Source: a virus (Duplodnaviria > Caudoviricetes). Taken from it: a stretch of 64,000 nt of DNA. The notes under the pieces are model-generated. The model was given only the letters and a program-made list of their open reading frames with translations, was not told the DNA's origin and ran no database searches. The stretch covers positions 32,001-96,000 of the IMG/VR virus record IMGVR_UViG_2818991472_000001; one strand, 5' to 3'. Shown piece by piece: positions 18,745 through 28,533 of this stretch (position 1 is its first letter; each line of letters starts with the position of its first letter). Made by a program: the position numbers and the translations under genes.

Positions 18745-18776
18745 CCCCTTCCGGAGGTCTGCTGCCCCTGGGACAG
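18745..18776 (-). promoter_or_regulatory. Putative late promoter motif (endolysins)
   Basis: CTGT-N22-AAGGGG. Confidence 0.75.
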
Positions 18777-18785
18777 GACCGGAGG

Positions 18786-19382
18786 TCAGCCCAGTCCGGC
18801 CCAGAAGGTCATCACGTTCGCCAGGCTGTTGCTGGACGGAGTGATGCTGGACGGGAGAGCAGTCTGGCCGGTTCCGTTGGTGCAGTACCTGTACTGCGCT
18901 GCCGCGAGGTTGGCATTCGGGGTGCTGGAGAACCCGGAGGCACGGCCGAGCTGCGCTGGCGTGGTCGCGTTGTTGACGAACGCGACCCAGTAGGCACCGG
19001 CAGCCGCAGCGTAGGGGCTGGTGAAAGTGCCCGGGAGCGTTCCGGAGGAGGTGAGGGCCGCGTCGAGGGCGCCCGCTGCGGTGACTGCGACCCGGTTTCC
19101 GCTGGAGTCGTAGAGGCCGATGAAGTTCTGATTGGCGACCACGCCGGATGCTGCGCCAGTCAGGCTGAGGATGGCCTTGCTGACGGTCTGCGGGGTACGG
19201 AGGATCACCTGGGCCAGGTAGACGGTTCCGGATACCGTGGCGGAGGAGTTGCTGGTGCCGCTCGGGTCGTAGTTCCAGGCGAGGAGACCATGGTCGGAGG
19301 GCAGGTACATGCCTGCCGGGGTCTGCACACCGTTGACGGAGAAGACGCCGACTATGTTGTGGATCGGGTTCGGGCCGGACAT
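18786..19382 (-). CDS. Tail-associated beta-rich protein
   Basis: DHGLLAWNYDP...IGLYDSSG...YWVAF; follows the fibre gene. Confidence 0.6.
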   Translation of the reverse strand: MSGPNPIHNIVGVFSVNGVQTPAGMYLPSDHGLLAWNYDPSGTSNSSATVSGTVYLAQVILRTPQTVSKAILSLTGAASGVVANQNFIGLYDSSGNRVAVTAAGALDAALTSSGTLPGTFTSPYAAAAGAYWVAFVNNATTPAQLGRASGFSSTPNANLAAAQYRYCTNGTGQTALPSSITPSSNSLANVMTFWAGLG

Positions 19383-19395
19383 GCGGGGCTCCTAA

Positions 19396-21591
19396 TCAGG
19401 CCGTCAGGATGGACAGGATGGTGTTGGCGGTGAACTGGTGGCCCGCATCCGACATGTGGATGGTGTCGGTACCTGCGTTGCCGACGCTGGCCTCGTTGCC
19501 CCAGTAGCCCAACGAGGCCCAGTAGTTCCAGCTGTTCCTGCCCATGGGCCAGAGGTCGACGAAGGCCGCACCGTAGGCTTCGGCCACCATGCGCCCCCGC
19601 GCGGCGTAGTCCTGGTACCGGTAGTTGGCGTTGTCGTAAGCGCCGATGTGCTGCATCACGATCATCACGTCGGAGGTCCCGGTGACGGCGGTACCGCCGA
19701 CGGTGGTGCCGTCCTTGACCGCCGACAGGTACTGCCTGAGGTTCGATGACCAGGTGTCCGCCGTCATGCCGGTCAGGACATCGTTCGATCCCAACATGTA
19801 GATGACCAGGTCAGCCGGGTAGTCCGGGCCGCCCGACCAGTTCGCGACAGCGGTTCCGACCGTGTTGTACGCGAAGGAAGCGCTACCGGCCCCTGCGAGG
19901 CCGTAGTTGTTCACGACGATGCCACTGGCGTTCTCCGCCGTGACACCGCAGACGGAGAGATAGCTGCCAGCGGCTCCGTTGTGGGTGATCGTGACAGTGT
20001 GGGTTCCGCTGGACAGCCCGGTGATGGTCGTCACCTGGATGCTGGACTGGGCGGTTCCGCTGTCGGCCACCGAGACGGCCGCGTTGCCGTCGATCGAGTA
20101 GGTCCAGTTGACCCGTCCCGCACCGCTGAGGGTGTAGACGCGGACCGTGCTGCCCCGCACGGTGAAGGTCAGGCTGCTGCCGTTGGTGCTGGTGTAGATG
20201 AAGTTCGCGCCGGGCCCGTAGCGGTTTCCGACACCCCAGGTGCCGGACTGGGTGACCAGGTTCCCGGGAGTCCCCTGCCAGGCAGTAACCGAGGCGCCTG
20301 TACCGAGGAATGCCGCGCTGCGGCCGGTGCTGAAGTAGCCACTGCCGCCATCCCCGTAGGTGGCCTGGAGGCTGCTGGCCAGGCGCCCGACCCAGGAAGT
20401 GGAGACCAGGTTGGACGCGTACAGGCCCTGGGTGCTGGAGCTGCCGACGGCCGCGACGGTCGCAAGCCCAGTGCTCGCGGCACTGCGCTTCGCCCGCCAG
20501 AACTGGCCCCACCCGGGCGGGACGTAGATACCCAGGGGGGCACCGAGCGGGGCCTGCGACGCGGGTACGCGGCCGGTGGTGTCCAGGGTCGCGATGCCGC
20601 TCGTGACGCCGACCTGAGCCTGCGTCACGACGTTCGAGGGCAGCTGCGCGGCGGCCAGGTGTCCGGTCGCGTCCAGTGCGGCGACGCCGTTCGCCGCGCC
20701 CACGTCGCTCGCGGGGACCGCCCGGACGTCGCCCGCGCCCAGGACGACCACGCCGGTCTTGCCGTTGACCTGCAGCACGGGAAGCTGGGACGGCTGGACG
20801 TACCGGCCGTCGGCCGCAGCCTGGGTGAGCGCGCCGATGTCGGCGGCCGAGACCACCACGGCGCCCGTGCGGCCGAACACGGAGGTGACCAGCGATGTCG
20901 GCAGCTGCGCGGTGGTGGCGTAGCGGGCGTCGGCGTCGGCCTGGCTGAGCGCGCCGACGTCGCCCGCGCTCAGCACGACCACGCCGATCTTGCCGTTGAC
21001 CGACGTCAGCCCCGACCCCTTGGTGGCGTAGCGGGCGTCGGCGTCGGCCTGGCTGAGCGCCCCCAGGTCGGCGGCCGTCAGCACCACGGCGGCAGTCTTG
21101 CCGTTGACCGAGGTGACGCCCCCAGTTCCGCCCCCGCCGGTTCCGCCGCCGGGCGTCAGCCCGTCCGGCAGCTGCACGGCCAGGATCTTCCCCGAGCCGT
21201 CCAGCTCCGGGTAGCCGCCCGGCAGACCCCGCTGGTTGAGGGACTGCAGCACCACGATCTGCGGCGGCGGGGTCGTCTGCCGCACCACCGCCTGCAGGTC
21301 CACCACCGACCCGTCGGCGGGCACCTTGATGTAGTAGGTGCTCACCGGCTGCCCGGTCAGCGCCTCGTCGACGCGGTACATCACCCCGACGGGAAACGTG
21401 CCGTCGTCCATCGGCGACGGCACGGTGAAGGAGACCTTGCCCTGCGCGTCCAGGGCCTTGGACACCGGCACCGGCTCGGCGATCTGCCCGCCGTTGATCA
21501 CCGGCGCCGTCAGCTGCAGCTGCACCGTCCCCGCGCTCGGCGTCGTCCCCGTCACGTACGTCCCGCGCACGGTCACCTGCGTGATCCCCAC
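19396..21591 (-). CDS. Tail fibre / receptor-binding protein with SGNH esterase domain
   Basis: Repeated VTSVNGKTG.VVL.A.DVGAL shaft units; SGNH blocks GSSST, NYGLAG, LGSND, DTIH. Confidence 0.8.
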   Translation of the reverse strand: MGITQVTVRGTYVTGTTPSAGTVQLQLTAPVINGGQIAEPVPVSKALDAQGKVSFTVPSPMDDGTFPVGVMYRVDEALTGQPVSTYYIKVPADGSVVDLQAVVRQTTPPPQIVVLQSLNQRGLPGGYPELDGSGKILAVQLPDGLTPGGGTGGGGTGGVTSVNGKTAAVVLTAADLGALSQADADARYATKGSGLTSVNGKIGVVVLSAGDVGALSQADADARYATTAQLPTSLVTSVFGRTGAVVVSAADIGALTQAAADGRYVQPSQLPVLQVNGKTGVVVLGAGDVRAVPASDVGAANGVAALDATGHLAAAQLPSNVVTQAQVGVTSGIATLDTTGRVPASQAPLGAPLGIYVPPGWGQFWRAKRSAASTGLATVAAVGSSSTQGLYASNLVSTSWVGRLASSLQATYGDGGSGYFSTGRSAAFLGTGASVTAWQGTPGNLVTQSGTWGVGNRYGPGANFIYTSTNGSSLTFTVRGSTVRVYTLSGAGRVNWTYSIDGNAAVSVADSGTAQSSIQVTTITGLSSGTHTVTITHNGAAGSYLSVCGVTAENASGIVVNNYGLAGAGSASFAYNTVGTAVANWSGGPDYPADLVIYMLGSNDVLTGMTADTWSSNLRQYLSAVKDGTTVGGTAVTGTSDVMIVMQHIGAYDNANYRYQDYAARGRMVAEAYGAAFVDLWPMGRNSWNYWASLGYWGNEASVGNAGTDTIHMSDAGHQFTANTILSILTA

Positions 21592-21594
21592 CTG

Positions 21595-23724
21595 CTACCC
21601 CTTCTCCAGCGGCACAGCCGCGTCGATCTTCAGGAACCTGCGGGCACCGACATGGACCGGGTCGCCGTACCGGCCGTGCGGGCGCCGGTGCTCCGGCGCG
21701 ACCGTGCTATCCGGCCCGTACACCACCGGCGCGTTGTACGCGCGGCCCAACGCCCGCATCCGCGCCGCGCCCTTGAACAGCGCGGCGGGCTTGGGCATCC
21801 CGCCGCGCTGCTCGCTGCTCTCCGGCGGCACCGCCGAGCCCTCCCCGGCCGCCGCCCCGTCGCTCCCGTCGCCCTGGCCCGCGTCGACCGGCTGCGCACC
21901 GAAGCCCGGCACCGGCACTCCCCCGGCGGGCGGCATGCCCGCGATGTCGGTCGTGGTCGGCGCGAGCGTCGGCTGCAGCGCCACCGGGTCGAGGCCCATC
22001 AGCGGCGCCCGGATCATGTCCATCGCCGGGTCCTGGCCCTCGGGCAGAGCACGCGGCTCGAAGTCCGCCCGCAGGTCGGCCGGGATCGGCAGCCCCTCGG
22101 CCCGCAGCCGCTGGTACAGCTCCTTGCGGGTGCGCTGCTCCTCGACGGCCAGCTCGATCTGCTCCTCGCGGGTCTTGTTGACCTCGTCGTCGAAGTCGAT
22201 GGAGACGTTGTGGAGCCGGGTGCGCATGGAGATCGGCACCCCGGCCTCGCGCAGTGCCTCGAAGAACTCGGTCTGCCGGGCCTCGTCCTGCAGGGACATG
22301 GTCCGGAACTCAATCTCGGGGATCAGCAGCTTGGGCTGCTCGACGATCCGCTCCTCGCCGGTCTCCTCGTCGACCTCCAGGACCTCCTCCATACGCACGA
22401 ACCGCTGGCCGCCCCGGGTCTCGTAGTCGTAGTGCTCCTGGGCCTCCGCTACCACCAGGGCGCGCTGCCGGTAGTGGCGGCGCACGAGCTTCTGGTAGTC
22501 CGTCAGGAGCTGGGTGACGAGGTCGCGGTTCAGGGCGTCGGCGGCGTACGTCTCACCGGAGCTGGCGCCGGACAGCATGGTCTGGGACAGGCCGAAGACC
22601 TGGAGAATCCGGCCCTCGATCCGGTCGAAGTCGTCGGTGAAGTCCGGCATGTCCTCTTTCCCGAGGACCGGGGCCATGTCGATGCCGAAGTGATGGGTGA
22701 TCACCCGGAAGTCAGCGGCGAGCGCGGAGTCCAGGGCCTCCTCGAAGTCGGCCAGGTCGTCCTGGGTGGGAATCCACGGGACCTCGGTGCCCAGGTCGGA
22801 GGCGGACGCGCCGAGCTTGGCCAGGATCAGGGGGGTGTAGAGCCGATCGGCGACCGCGTCGACGGCCGCGTTCAGCATCTCCTCCTGCATCAGGCTGCGC
22901 ATCCCCCGGTACAGCAGCGGCACGCCCCGTTTGGCGTTCGGGCCGCCGCCGTGGAATTTCAGCTGCCGCAGGAGGATGTTGCTGACCGGCATGAGGACGT
23001 TGTCGGCGGCGTAGGCGGCCAGCTCCGGGTAGGCGGCCATGAGCTTGTCGTACTCCCAGGCCGGGGTGCGGGTGCGGATCAGCTCCCGCATGGCCTCCGG
23101 CAGCCGGATCGTGTACCTCGGGTCGCGCAGGAACGGGCTCCGCTGGACCTCGATGTTGTCCGGGTCCAGCAGTTCCTCGTCGTCCCAGACCCCGAGCGCC
23201 TCGTTGAAGGTCCCCAGCGGCCACGCCTCGCCGACCAGCCAGTACTCGCGCCCCATCGAGACGAGGAACTCGTCGTAGTTCAGCCCGTGCTCCTCGTCGA
23301 AGAACAAGTCCGAGTAGAACTCCGTGAGGCGCTCGTCCTTGCAGGACAGCTTCATCCCGAGCAGCGGATACTTCGCGTAGATGTCGATGCACGACCCGAC
23401 GATGGGATGGGCCGCGTACACCAGGCGGCAGTACGCCCGAAGGCGCTTCATCTGCTCCGAGTCGTCGAACTCGAACGGGAGGTTGTTCTGCTTCCAGTAG
23501 AAGAGCGGGTCGCGCGGCCGGGAGGTGGCGAACCCGAGGCTCGGCCCGGAGCGCCCGGAGCCGTCGGCCTCCTTGCGCATCCGCACCCGCCGGTTGTGCC
23601 GCATCTCGGAGACCTCGGGCGACTCCGAGTCGCTCCCGGCCGTCCTCGACGCCCGCCGGAAGAGCTTCGACATGCGCGTCAGCGCTGCCTCGCTCGGCCC
23701 TCGGTCCCTCGCCGTGCCCGCCAT
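21595..23724 (-). CDS. Portal protein
   Basis: Start MAGTARD at 23724; HPIVGSCIDIY.KYPL, GREYW.VGE, RGVPLL.R, DAVADRLY.P.IL.KLG motifs of Bxz1-like portals. Confidence 0.85.
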   Translation of the reverse strand: MAGTARDRGPSEAALTRMSKLFRRASRTAGSDSESPEVSEMRHNRRVRMRKEADGSGRSGPSLGFATSRPRDPLFYWKQNNLPFEFDDSEQMKRLRAYCRLVYAAHPIVGSCIDIYAKYPLLGMKLSCKDERLTEFYSDLFFDEEHGLNYDEFLVSMGREYWLVGEAWPLGTFNEALGVWDDEELLDPDNIEVQRSPFLRDPRYTIRLPEAMRELIRTRTPAWEYDKLMAAYPELAAYAADNVLMPVSNILLRQLKFHGGGPNAKRGVPLLYRGMRSLMQEEMLNAAVDAVADRLYTPLILAKLGASASDLGTEVPWIPTQDDLADFEEALDSALAADFRVITHHFGIDMAPVLGKEDMPDFTDDFDRIEGRILQVFGLSQTMLSGASSGETYAADALNRDLVTQLLTDYQKLVRRHYRQRALVVAEAQEHYDYETRGGQRFVRMEEVLEVDEETGEERIVEQPKLLIPEIEFRTMSLQDEARQTEFFEALREAGVPISMRTRLHNVSIDFDDEVNKTREEQIELAVEEQRTRKELYQRLRAEGLPIPADLRADFEPRALPEGQDPAMDMIRAPLMGLDPVALQPTLAPTTTDIAGMPPAGGVPVPGFGAQPVDAGQGDGSDGAAAGEGSAVPPESSEQRGGMPKPAALFKGAARMRALGRAYNAPVVYGPDSTVAPEHRRPHGRYGDPVHVGARRFLKIDAAVPLEKG

Positions 23725-23744
23725 CCCGTCCTCCCTGTCGGTCA

Positions 23745-23776
23745 CCCCTTCCGGGTGGCGGGCAGGCGGCGAACAG
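23745..23776 (-). promoter_or_regulatory. Putative late promoter motif (portal)
   Basis: CTGT-N22-AAGGGG. Confidence 0.75.
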
Positions 23777-23865
23777 GAGACGCAGACCGGTATGACTGAT
23801 CGCGGAGTCTCCCGCAACCAGGCCACGCTCGGTGCCTTGGGGGACGGCCCGTCGTTGAGTAGGGC

Positions 23866-24249
23866 ATGGACCAGTCACCTGTGGCACAGAGCGAGAACGC
23901 GAAGGCGCGGCGGGACCTGCCGGGCGAGTTGTCGGCCCTGATGGACGGCCAGGACGCCCTCCGCAGCGCCCAGTGGTACCCGGCCCAGTCTGGGGACCTG
24001 CTGACGGTCCGCTGGCCCGCCAGCGGTGCCCTGCCCGCAATCGAGGAGATGTACGAGGTTGTCCGCGATGAGTGGGATGAGCTGACTCTGCAGCTCCGCT
24101 CCCACACCTACCCGGAGACGTTCGCCAGCAGTGCTGGGGCGTTCGCACGAGAGTGCACGCCGGACGATCCGTTCTTCGGGCCCTGGATGGAAGCCGGGCC
24201 ACACCGCCTCACGATCGTGCGAGGGGGCATGGTCATCCACGGCGGCTGA
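23866..24249 (+). CDS. Hypothetical protein inserted in the opposite orientation
   Basis: Fills the gap between two minus-strand genes; globular-looking. Confidence 0.6.
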   Translation: MDQSPVAQSENAKARRDLPGELSALMDGQDALRSAQWYPAQSGDLLTVRWPASGALPAIEEMYEVVRDEWDELTLQLRSHTYPETFASSAGAFARECTPDDPFFGPWMEAGPHRLTIVRGGMVIHGG

Positions 24250-24261
24250 CCAAGATCGCGG

Positions 24262-24735
24262 TCAGCCGCGCAGGCTGGAAGCGAGGTAGGCCACGTACGC
24301 CTCCCGCCCCACCGTCGCCCCTGCCGCCGTCCGGTAGGACTCCTTCTTCCCGAACGGTGGCCCGCCGCCGGAGTCATCACCGTCCTCCGACTTGCCGTCA
24401 CCGCCATCAGCGCTGCCGTCATCGAACGGCGGGCCGCCGTCGCCCTGGCTGCCATCCTCCGGGGCACCCGGCTGCGCCCCGGGAGCGCCCGGCGGCACCG
24501 CGCCGGGCGCTGGGGCAGGGGCGGGCATGCCCGGGATCTGCACCGGCATGCCCCCGACACTCTGCGGGAACGCCGAGTACATCGGCTGTACGCGCACGAT
24601 GAAGGCGGTGTTGCAGAACTGGCACTCGATGTTGCCGTCCGACCGTCCGATCACCTGCCCGCTGCCGCACATCGGGCAGTGCATCACCTGGACGCCGTCC
24701 CCGGACTGGTGCGCGTGCCGGACCAGCTGCGTCAT
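24262..24735 (-). CDS. Zn-ribbon head-region protein
   Basis: Start MTQLVRHAH with GGAGG RBS; HCPMCGSGQV.GRSDG..EC.FC. Confidence 0.75.
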   Translation of the reverse strand: MTQLVRHAHQSGDGVQVMHCPMCGSGQVIGRSDGNIECQFCNTAFIVRVQPMYSAFPQSVGGMPVQIPGMPAPAPAPGAVPPGAPGAQPGAPEDGSQGDGGPPFDDGSADGGDGKSEDGDDSGGGPPFGKKESYRTAAGATVGREAYVAYLASSLRG

Positions 24736-24749
24736 CGCTACCTCCATGA

Positions 24750-25472
24750 TCATCCGGTCCAGGCGTCCGGGTGCAGCGAGGACAACTGCTTGACGTTCTG
24801 CGGCCAGTACGAGGGCAGCCCGTCGTACGGGTTGCCCGCCGCGAGGTTCGGGGAGTTGTAGCAGAACACCGTCCGGATGCCCCGCGCGTACGCGCGGGCG
24901 ATGGCCTGCTGAGACGACGCCAGGTCCGGCACGGACTTCAGCACCACCGCGTACCGGCTCGGCGGGAAGTTGCCCAGCCACGTCGGCGGCGTCCAGGCCA
25001 TCCAGTCCTGCACGGTGCCCTCGAAGATCACCGTCTGGTCGGCCATCGCGATGTACGCCGGGTCCGGCACCACCCCGGGGTTGAGCACCACGAAGCGGGC
25101 GCCGTGCTTGCGCAGGCCCAGGACAGTCGTGGCCGTCGACTGGATGTGCCCGGGGTCGGGCGGGCACTGGTCCAGGAAGACCGCACTGAAGCCCCGGCCC
25201 CGCCAGGTGTCCATGTCCTGGAAGACGTTGAAGTCCAGCCGAGTCCCGTAGGTGTACGCGATGTAGGCGGCCACCGTGGTGCCAGCGGCCATCACGGCCT
25301 TGCCCACGTCGGAGAGCACGGTGTCCTCGGTCGTGCCGGGCCCGTTGAACTGGTTGAGCACCACCCAGTCCACCGGCAGCCCCGGGACCGCAAGGTCGGC
25401 CCAGGGCGCCCCGTTGATGCCGGGGTGCACGTACAGCGGCACCCCGGCGCCCATCGTTGACGGTGCGAGCAT
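24750..25472 (-). CDS. Spherulation-specific family 4 (GH135-like) glycoside hydrolase
   Basis: VPLYVHP, VVLN..NGPG, VFLD, VVLNPG, FEG motifs. Confidence 0.75.
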   Translation of the reverse strand: MLAPSTMGAGVPLYVHPGINGAPWADLAVPGLPVDWVVLNQFNGPGTTEDTVLSDVGKAVMAAGTTVAAYIAYTYGTRLDFNVFQDMDTWRGRGFSAVFLDQCPPDPGHIQSTATTVLGLRKHGARFVVLNPGVVPDPAYIAMADQTVIFEGTVQDWMAWTPPTWLGNFPPSRYAVVLKSVPDLASSQQAIARAYARGIRTVFCYNSPNLAAGNPYDGLPSYWPQNVKQLSSLHPDAWTG

Positions 25473-25475
25473 CGC

Positions 25476-25592
25476 TCAGTTCCCCCCGTAGATGACGTAC
25501 GGCACGAACCAGGCGGTCAGCGCGAGCCAGCACAGGGCCGCGCACAGCCCGGCGCAGGCGCTCACCAGGAGCGGCCAGAGCTTCTCCTTCAT
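25476..25592 (-). CDS. Small single-pass membrane protein
   Basis: MKEKLWPLLVSACAG...; GAGGAGG RBS. Confidence 0.6.
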   Translation of the reverse strand: MKEKLWPLLVSACAGLCAALCWLALTAWFVPYVIYGGN

Positions 25593-25602
25593 CGGCCCCT
25601 CC

Positions 25603-26541
25603 TCAGGCTCGGAAGAGCGGCAGTTCAGGCGGACCGGCCGGACGCGGACGCGGAACGTGCGGCGGCGCCTGGTGGCTGAAGCCCGGCCCGGCCGCCGGAG
25701 CGGACGGCGGGGCCACCGGGGACTGCGACTCGGGGTGGCTGAACGTGGCCTCCGGGTCCGTCGGCAGGTGCAGCTGCACCGGCCCGGACGGCTGCGACAT
25801 CCCGTCCTCGAACGACACCTGCGGCGCCGGGCCGGTCGACCTCGGCGCGCTGTCCGCACCGGGAAGGTCCGAGAACGACGGTGCTGAAGCCGGACCGGAC
25901 GGCTGCACCGGGGTGTCCGGCTTCGGCGCGTCCGAGAACACCGCCGGAGACGGCCCGCCACCGCCCGTACCGCCGCCACCGGCCGACGGAGCCGCACTGC
26001 CGCCTCCGGCCGAGGGCGTGCCCGGGAGCTGGTCCATGGACGGCTTCCAGTGCTTCGCCCGGTCAGTGAACGGGCCATCCGCGACGTTGCCGAAGTTCTC
26101 GTACGCGAGCGGGTACGCGGTCGCCATCTTCGCGTGCTGCTCCGCCGCAGCCTCGGCCAGCTCCAGGCAGCGCGCCAGCGGCAGCCCGGGGTTGTCGGCC
26201 GCCGCCCGCGCCGCGAGCTTCGCCACCGCCGCCACCCGGGCACTGTCGTCCTGCCGCACCGGCGGCGGCACGCTGGCGGCGCGGGCCTCGCTCAGCAGCT
26301 TCCAGCGCCGCACCAGGTCCTGCTCCAGGGCCTCCACCGGGTACCCGCGCTGAGCCGCCGCCCGCCGCAGCGGCTCGGCCGCCAGCGCCAGCCGGTGCAG
26401 CGCGTCCCGCTCGTCCACGGCTGCCGACAGCAGCGGCCACACCGACACCTCGACGTCCTGCAGCGCCGCGCTGCGGGCCAGCTGCTCCTGCTCGGCCTCC
26501 AGGTCCCGGGCCGCGTTGTTCCACATCATGTCCGCGAACAT
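25603..26541 (-). CDS. Hypothetical head-region protein
   Basis: Start MFADMMWNN overlaps the upstream stop; helical N-terminus, P-rich C-terminus. Confidence 0.7.
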   Translation of the reverse strand: MFADMMWNNAARDLEAEQEQLARSAALQDVEVSVWPLLSAAVDERDALHRLALAAEPLRRAAAQRGYPVEALEQDLVRRWKLLSEARAASVPPPVRQDDSARVAAVAKLAARAAADNPGLPLARCLELAEAAAEQHAKMATAYPLAYENFGNVADGPFTDRAKHWKPSMDQLPGTPSAGGGSAAPSAGGGGTGGGGPSPAVFSDAPKPDTPVQPSGPASAPSFSDLPGADSAPRSTGPAPQVSFEDGMSQPSGPVQLHLPTDPEATFSHPESQSPVAPPSAPAAGPGFSHQAPPHVPRPRPAGPPELPLFRA

Positions 26542-28517
26542 CAGCTCTGCTCCCCGTTCCGCTCCTGCAGCAGCCCGGCCTGCACCCGACGTCGGAACGC
26601 CGCCGCCGACGCGGGCAGCGCGTACTGAGGCGGCGTCATGCCGCTGTCCGGCAGCGTCTGCACCACACCCGGCGAGTCCACGCCGCGCGAGGCCGGAACC
26701 ACCGGCGCCCCCGTCGGAGCCGCTCCGTTGTACGGCGACGGCCCACCGGCCGCCGCCGCGTCCATCCCGCCTGCCAGCGGCCCCGGCCGTCCGGGCCCGT
26801 TGATCGGCGTCGACCCCGACGGGTCCGCCGACGTCCCCGGCGCGGTCGTGTCCATCTGCAGCGTCGTCGCCGCCTGCGCCTGCAGGTACGTGCCGTCCGT
26901 CGGCAGGCCGTGCTCGGCCGCCACCTGGTGGGTGAACCGGCGGTGCAGCGCGATCCGCTGGCCCAGCGCCGGAGCCCGACCGGCCAGCCGCTGGTGCTCC
27001 TTGATCCACTCCCCGCGCTGCGCCGGGTGGTCGGTCAGCCCGGCGTAGATCCCGGCCTCCATCTCCGCCGTCCCCGCCAGCACCAGCGGAGTCCCCGGCC
27101 GCCACCGCATCGCGTACCGGTACCCCCGCTGGAAGTCCGGGTGCTGCATCTCCTGACGGGTCGCCACGTGCCGCGAGGCGTACACCTGCTGCGGCTTCTT
27201 CGTGCCCTGCCCGTTGTCGCCCCCCAGGCTCACCGGCACGTCCTGGCCCACGGAGGCGGGCTGCGCCGAGGTGTACGCATCCACGTACGACCGCGCCGCG
27301 TGCCCGTCGGAGAACGACGGCGCCTGCCCGGCCGGGTCCTTGCCGTCAGCCGCGCCCTGCGCGGCCGTACCCGGCGCAGCGGGCGGCGTGGACGCCGGGG
27401 TGTTGGCGATGTTCGGCTGCACCGTCTGGTGCGGGTGGCTCCACTGGTCGGCCTGCACCTGCCGACCGGCCGTGGTGTGCTGCGCAGGGCGGGCCGGTAC
27501 GCCGCCGGGGACGGCGTGGCCGCCCTCGTCGTGCTCTTCGCCGCTCATCTCCCACGGGAACATCACCTGCTCCGGCAGCGGGGTCGGGGCGGGGTGGTCA
27601 TGGACGTCGATGGCCTGCTGGATCTGCGGCAGCCCGGAGGCGGCCTGGGCCCGCCGGGGCACGTCCCCGCCGTCCTGGTGGCCGCCGAGCTGCTCGGGAC
27701 TGCCCTGGCCGCCGTCTCCGGCCGGAGCGGGGGACGGCCCGTTACCGCCGCCGGGCGGGTTCCAGCTCAGCTCGTCGGTGGTGGAGTGCCCGCCCGGCTT
27801 CTCCGGGGTGCCCTGGCCGCCGTTGCCGGACATGATCTCCTGCAGCAGCGGGTTCCGCTCGGAGGTCTCGGTGCCGACGGAGCCGGAGTTCAGCTCGTGC
27901 ACGGGCGGAGCGAAGTTGTCGAAGACGTCGGTCGGCAGCTCGGTCGGCTTGTTCGTCACGCCGTCCGGGGCGGTGGTCTGCTGGATCTGGTCCAGGCCCG
28001 AGCCCGCCTGGGCGCGCAGGAACGCGGCGTAGTCGGTGAAGACCTGGACGGCCTCCTCCCGGCCAGCGCCGTACCCGGCGGCCACCCGGTGGGCCAGCCC
28101 CTTGGCCTGCTCGGTGAACTCGGCCTCGTCGGCCCGGACTTCAGGCGACAGCTGGGAGAACCACAGCCCTGCCTGCGCGACGATCGCCGACCGGTCGACC
28201 TCGGGTTCGCCGAGACCGGCCAGCCAGTCGCTGGCGGAGCTGGTGCGCTCGAACGTCGGGGCCGGGGTGAGGGTCTCGGTCACCACGGTGGCCGCCCAGT
28301 CGATCTCGCGTTCCCGGGCGGCGTCCACGGCGGCCGTGCGGTCCATCTCGTCGAGCTGGGCGACCAGCCGGGCCTGCGCCGCCAGGGTCGGGGCGGCGTT
28401 GATGGCCCGCAGGATCGCGCCCCGGTCCTTGGGGGTCGTCACAATCTCCTCCAGTGCGGCTGCGGCAAGGTCGGCGGAGGAGAGGCGACCAAGCCAACGC
28501 GACAGGCGACGCAGCAT
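26541..28517 (-). CDS. Large low-complexity head/internal virion protein
   Basis: Late motif upstream; internal repeat AQA.SGL.QIQQ; alternative GTG start at 28442. Confidence 0.7.
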   Translation of the reverse strand: MLRRLSRWLGRLSSADLAAAALEEIVTTPKDRGAILRAINAAPTLAAQARLVAQLDEMDRTAAVDAAREREIDWAATVVTETLTPAPTFERTSSASDWLAGLGEPEVDRSAIVAQAGLWFSQLSPEVRADEAEFTEQAKGLAHRVAAGYGAGREEAVQVFTDYAAFLRAQAGSGLDQIQQTTAPDGVTNKPTELPTDVFDNFAPPVHELNSGSVGTETSERNPLLQEIMSGNGGQGTPEKPGGHSTTDELSWNPPGGGNGPSPAPAGDGGQGSPEQLGGHQDGGDVPRRAQAASGLPQIQQAIDVHDHPAPTPLPEQVMFPWEMSGEEHDEGGHAVPGGVPARPAQHTTAGRQVQADQWSHPHQTVQPNIANTPASTPPAAPGTAAQGAADGKDPAGQAPSFSDGHAARSYVDAYTSAQPASVGQDVPVSLGGDNGQGTKKPQQVYASRHVATRQEMQHPDFQRGYRYAMRWRPGTPLVLAGTAEMEAGIYAGLTDHPAQRGEWIKEHQRLAGRAPALGQRIALHRRFTHQVAAEHGLPTDGTYLQAQAATTLQMDTTAPGTSADPSGSTPINGPGRPGPLAGGMDAAAAGGPSPYNGAAPTGAPVVPASRGVDSPGVVQTLPDSGMTPPQYALPASAAAFRRRVQAGLLQERNGEQS

Positions 28518-28533
28518 CGTGGACCTCCCTCCG

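Noticed and set aside
17645-21603. AAGGGG at 17645 and 21598 (also 3192) as late promoters
   Set aside because: No CTGT at the 21-23 nt spacing (3192 has CCGT, borderline); they sit at RBS distance from start codons
19981-23799. 1272-aa plus-strand ORF (and similar ones at 5145, 16750, 39905, 52991, 56143)
   Set aside because: Antisense shadows of real minus-strand genes, expected at this GC content; R/G/A-rich with no motifs
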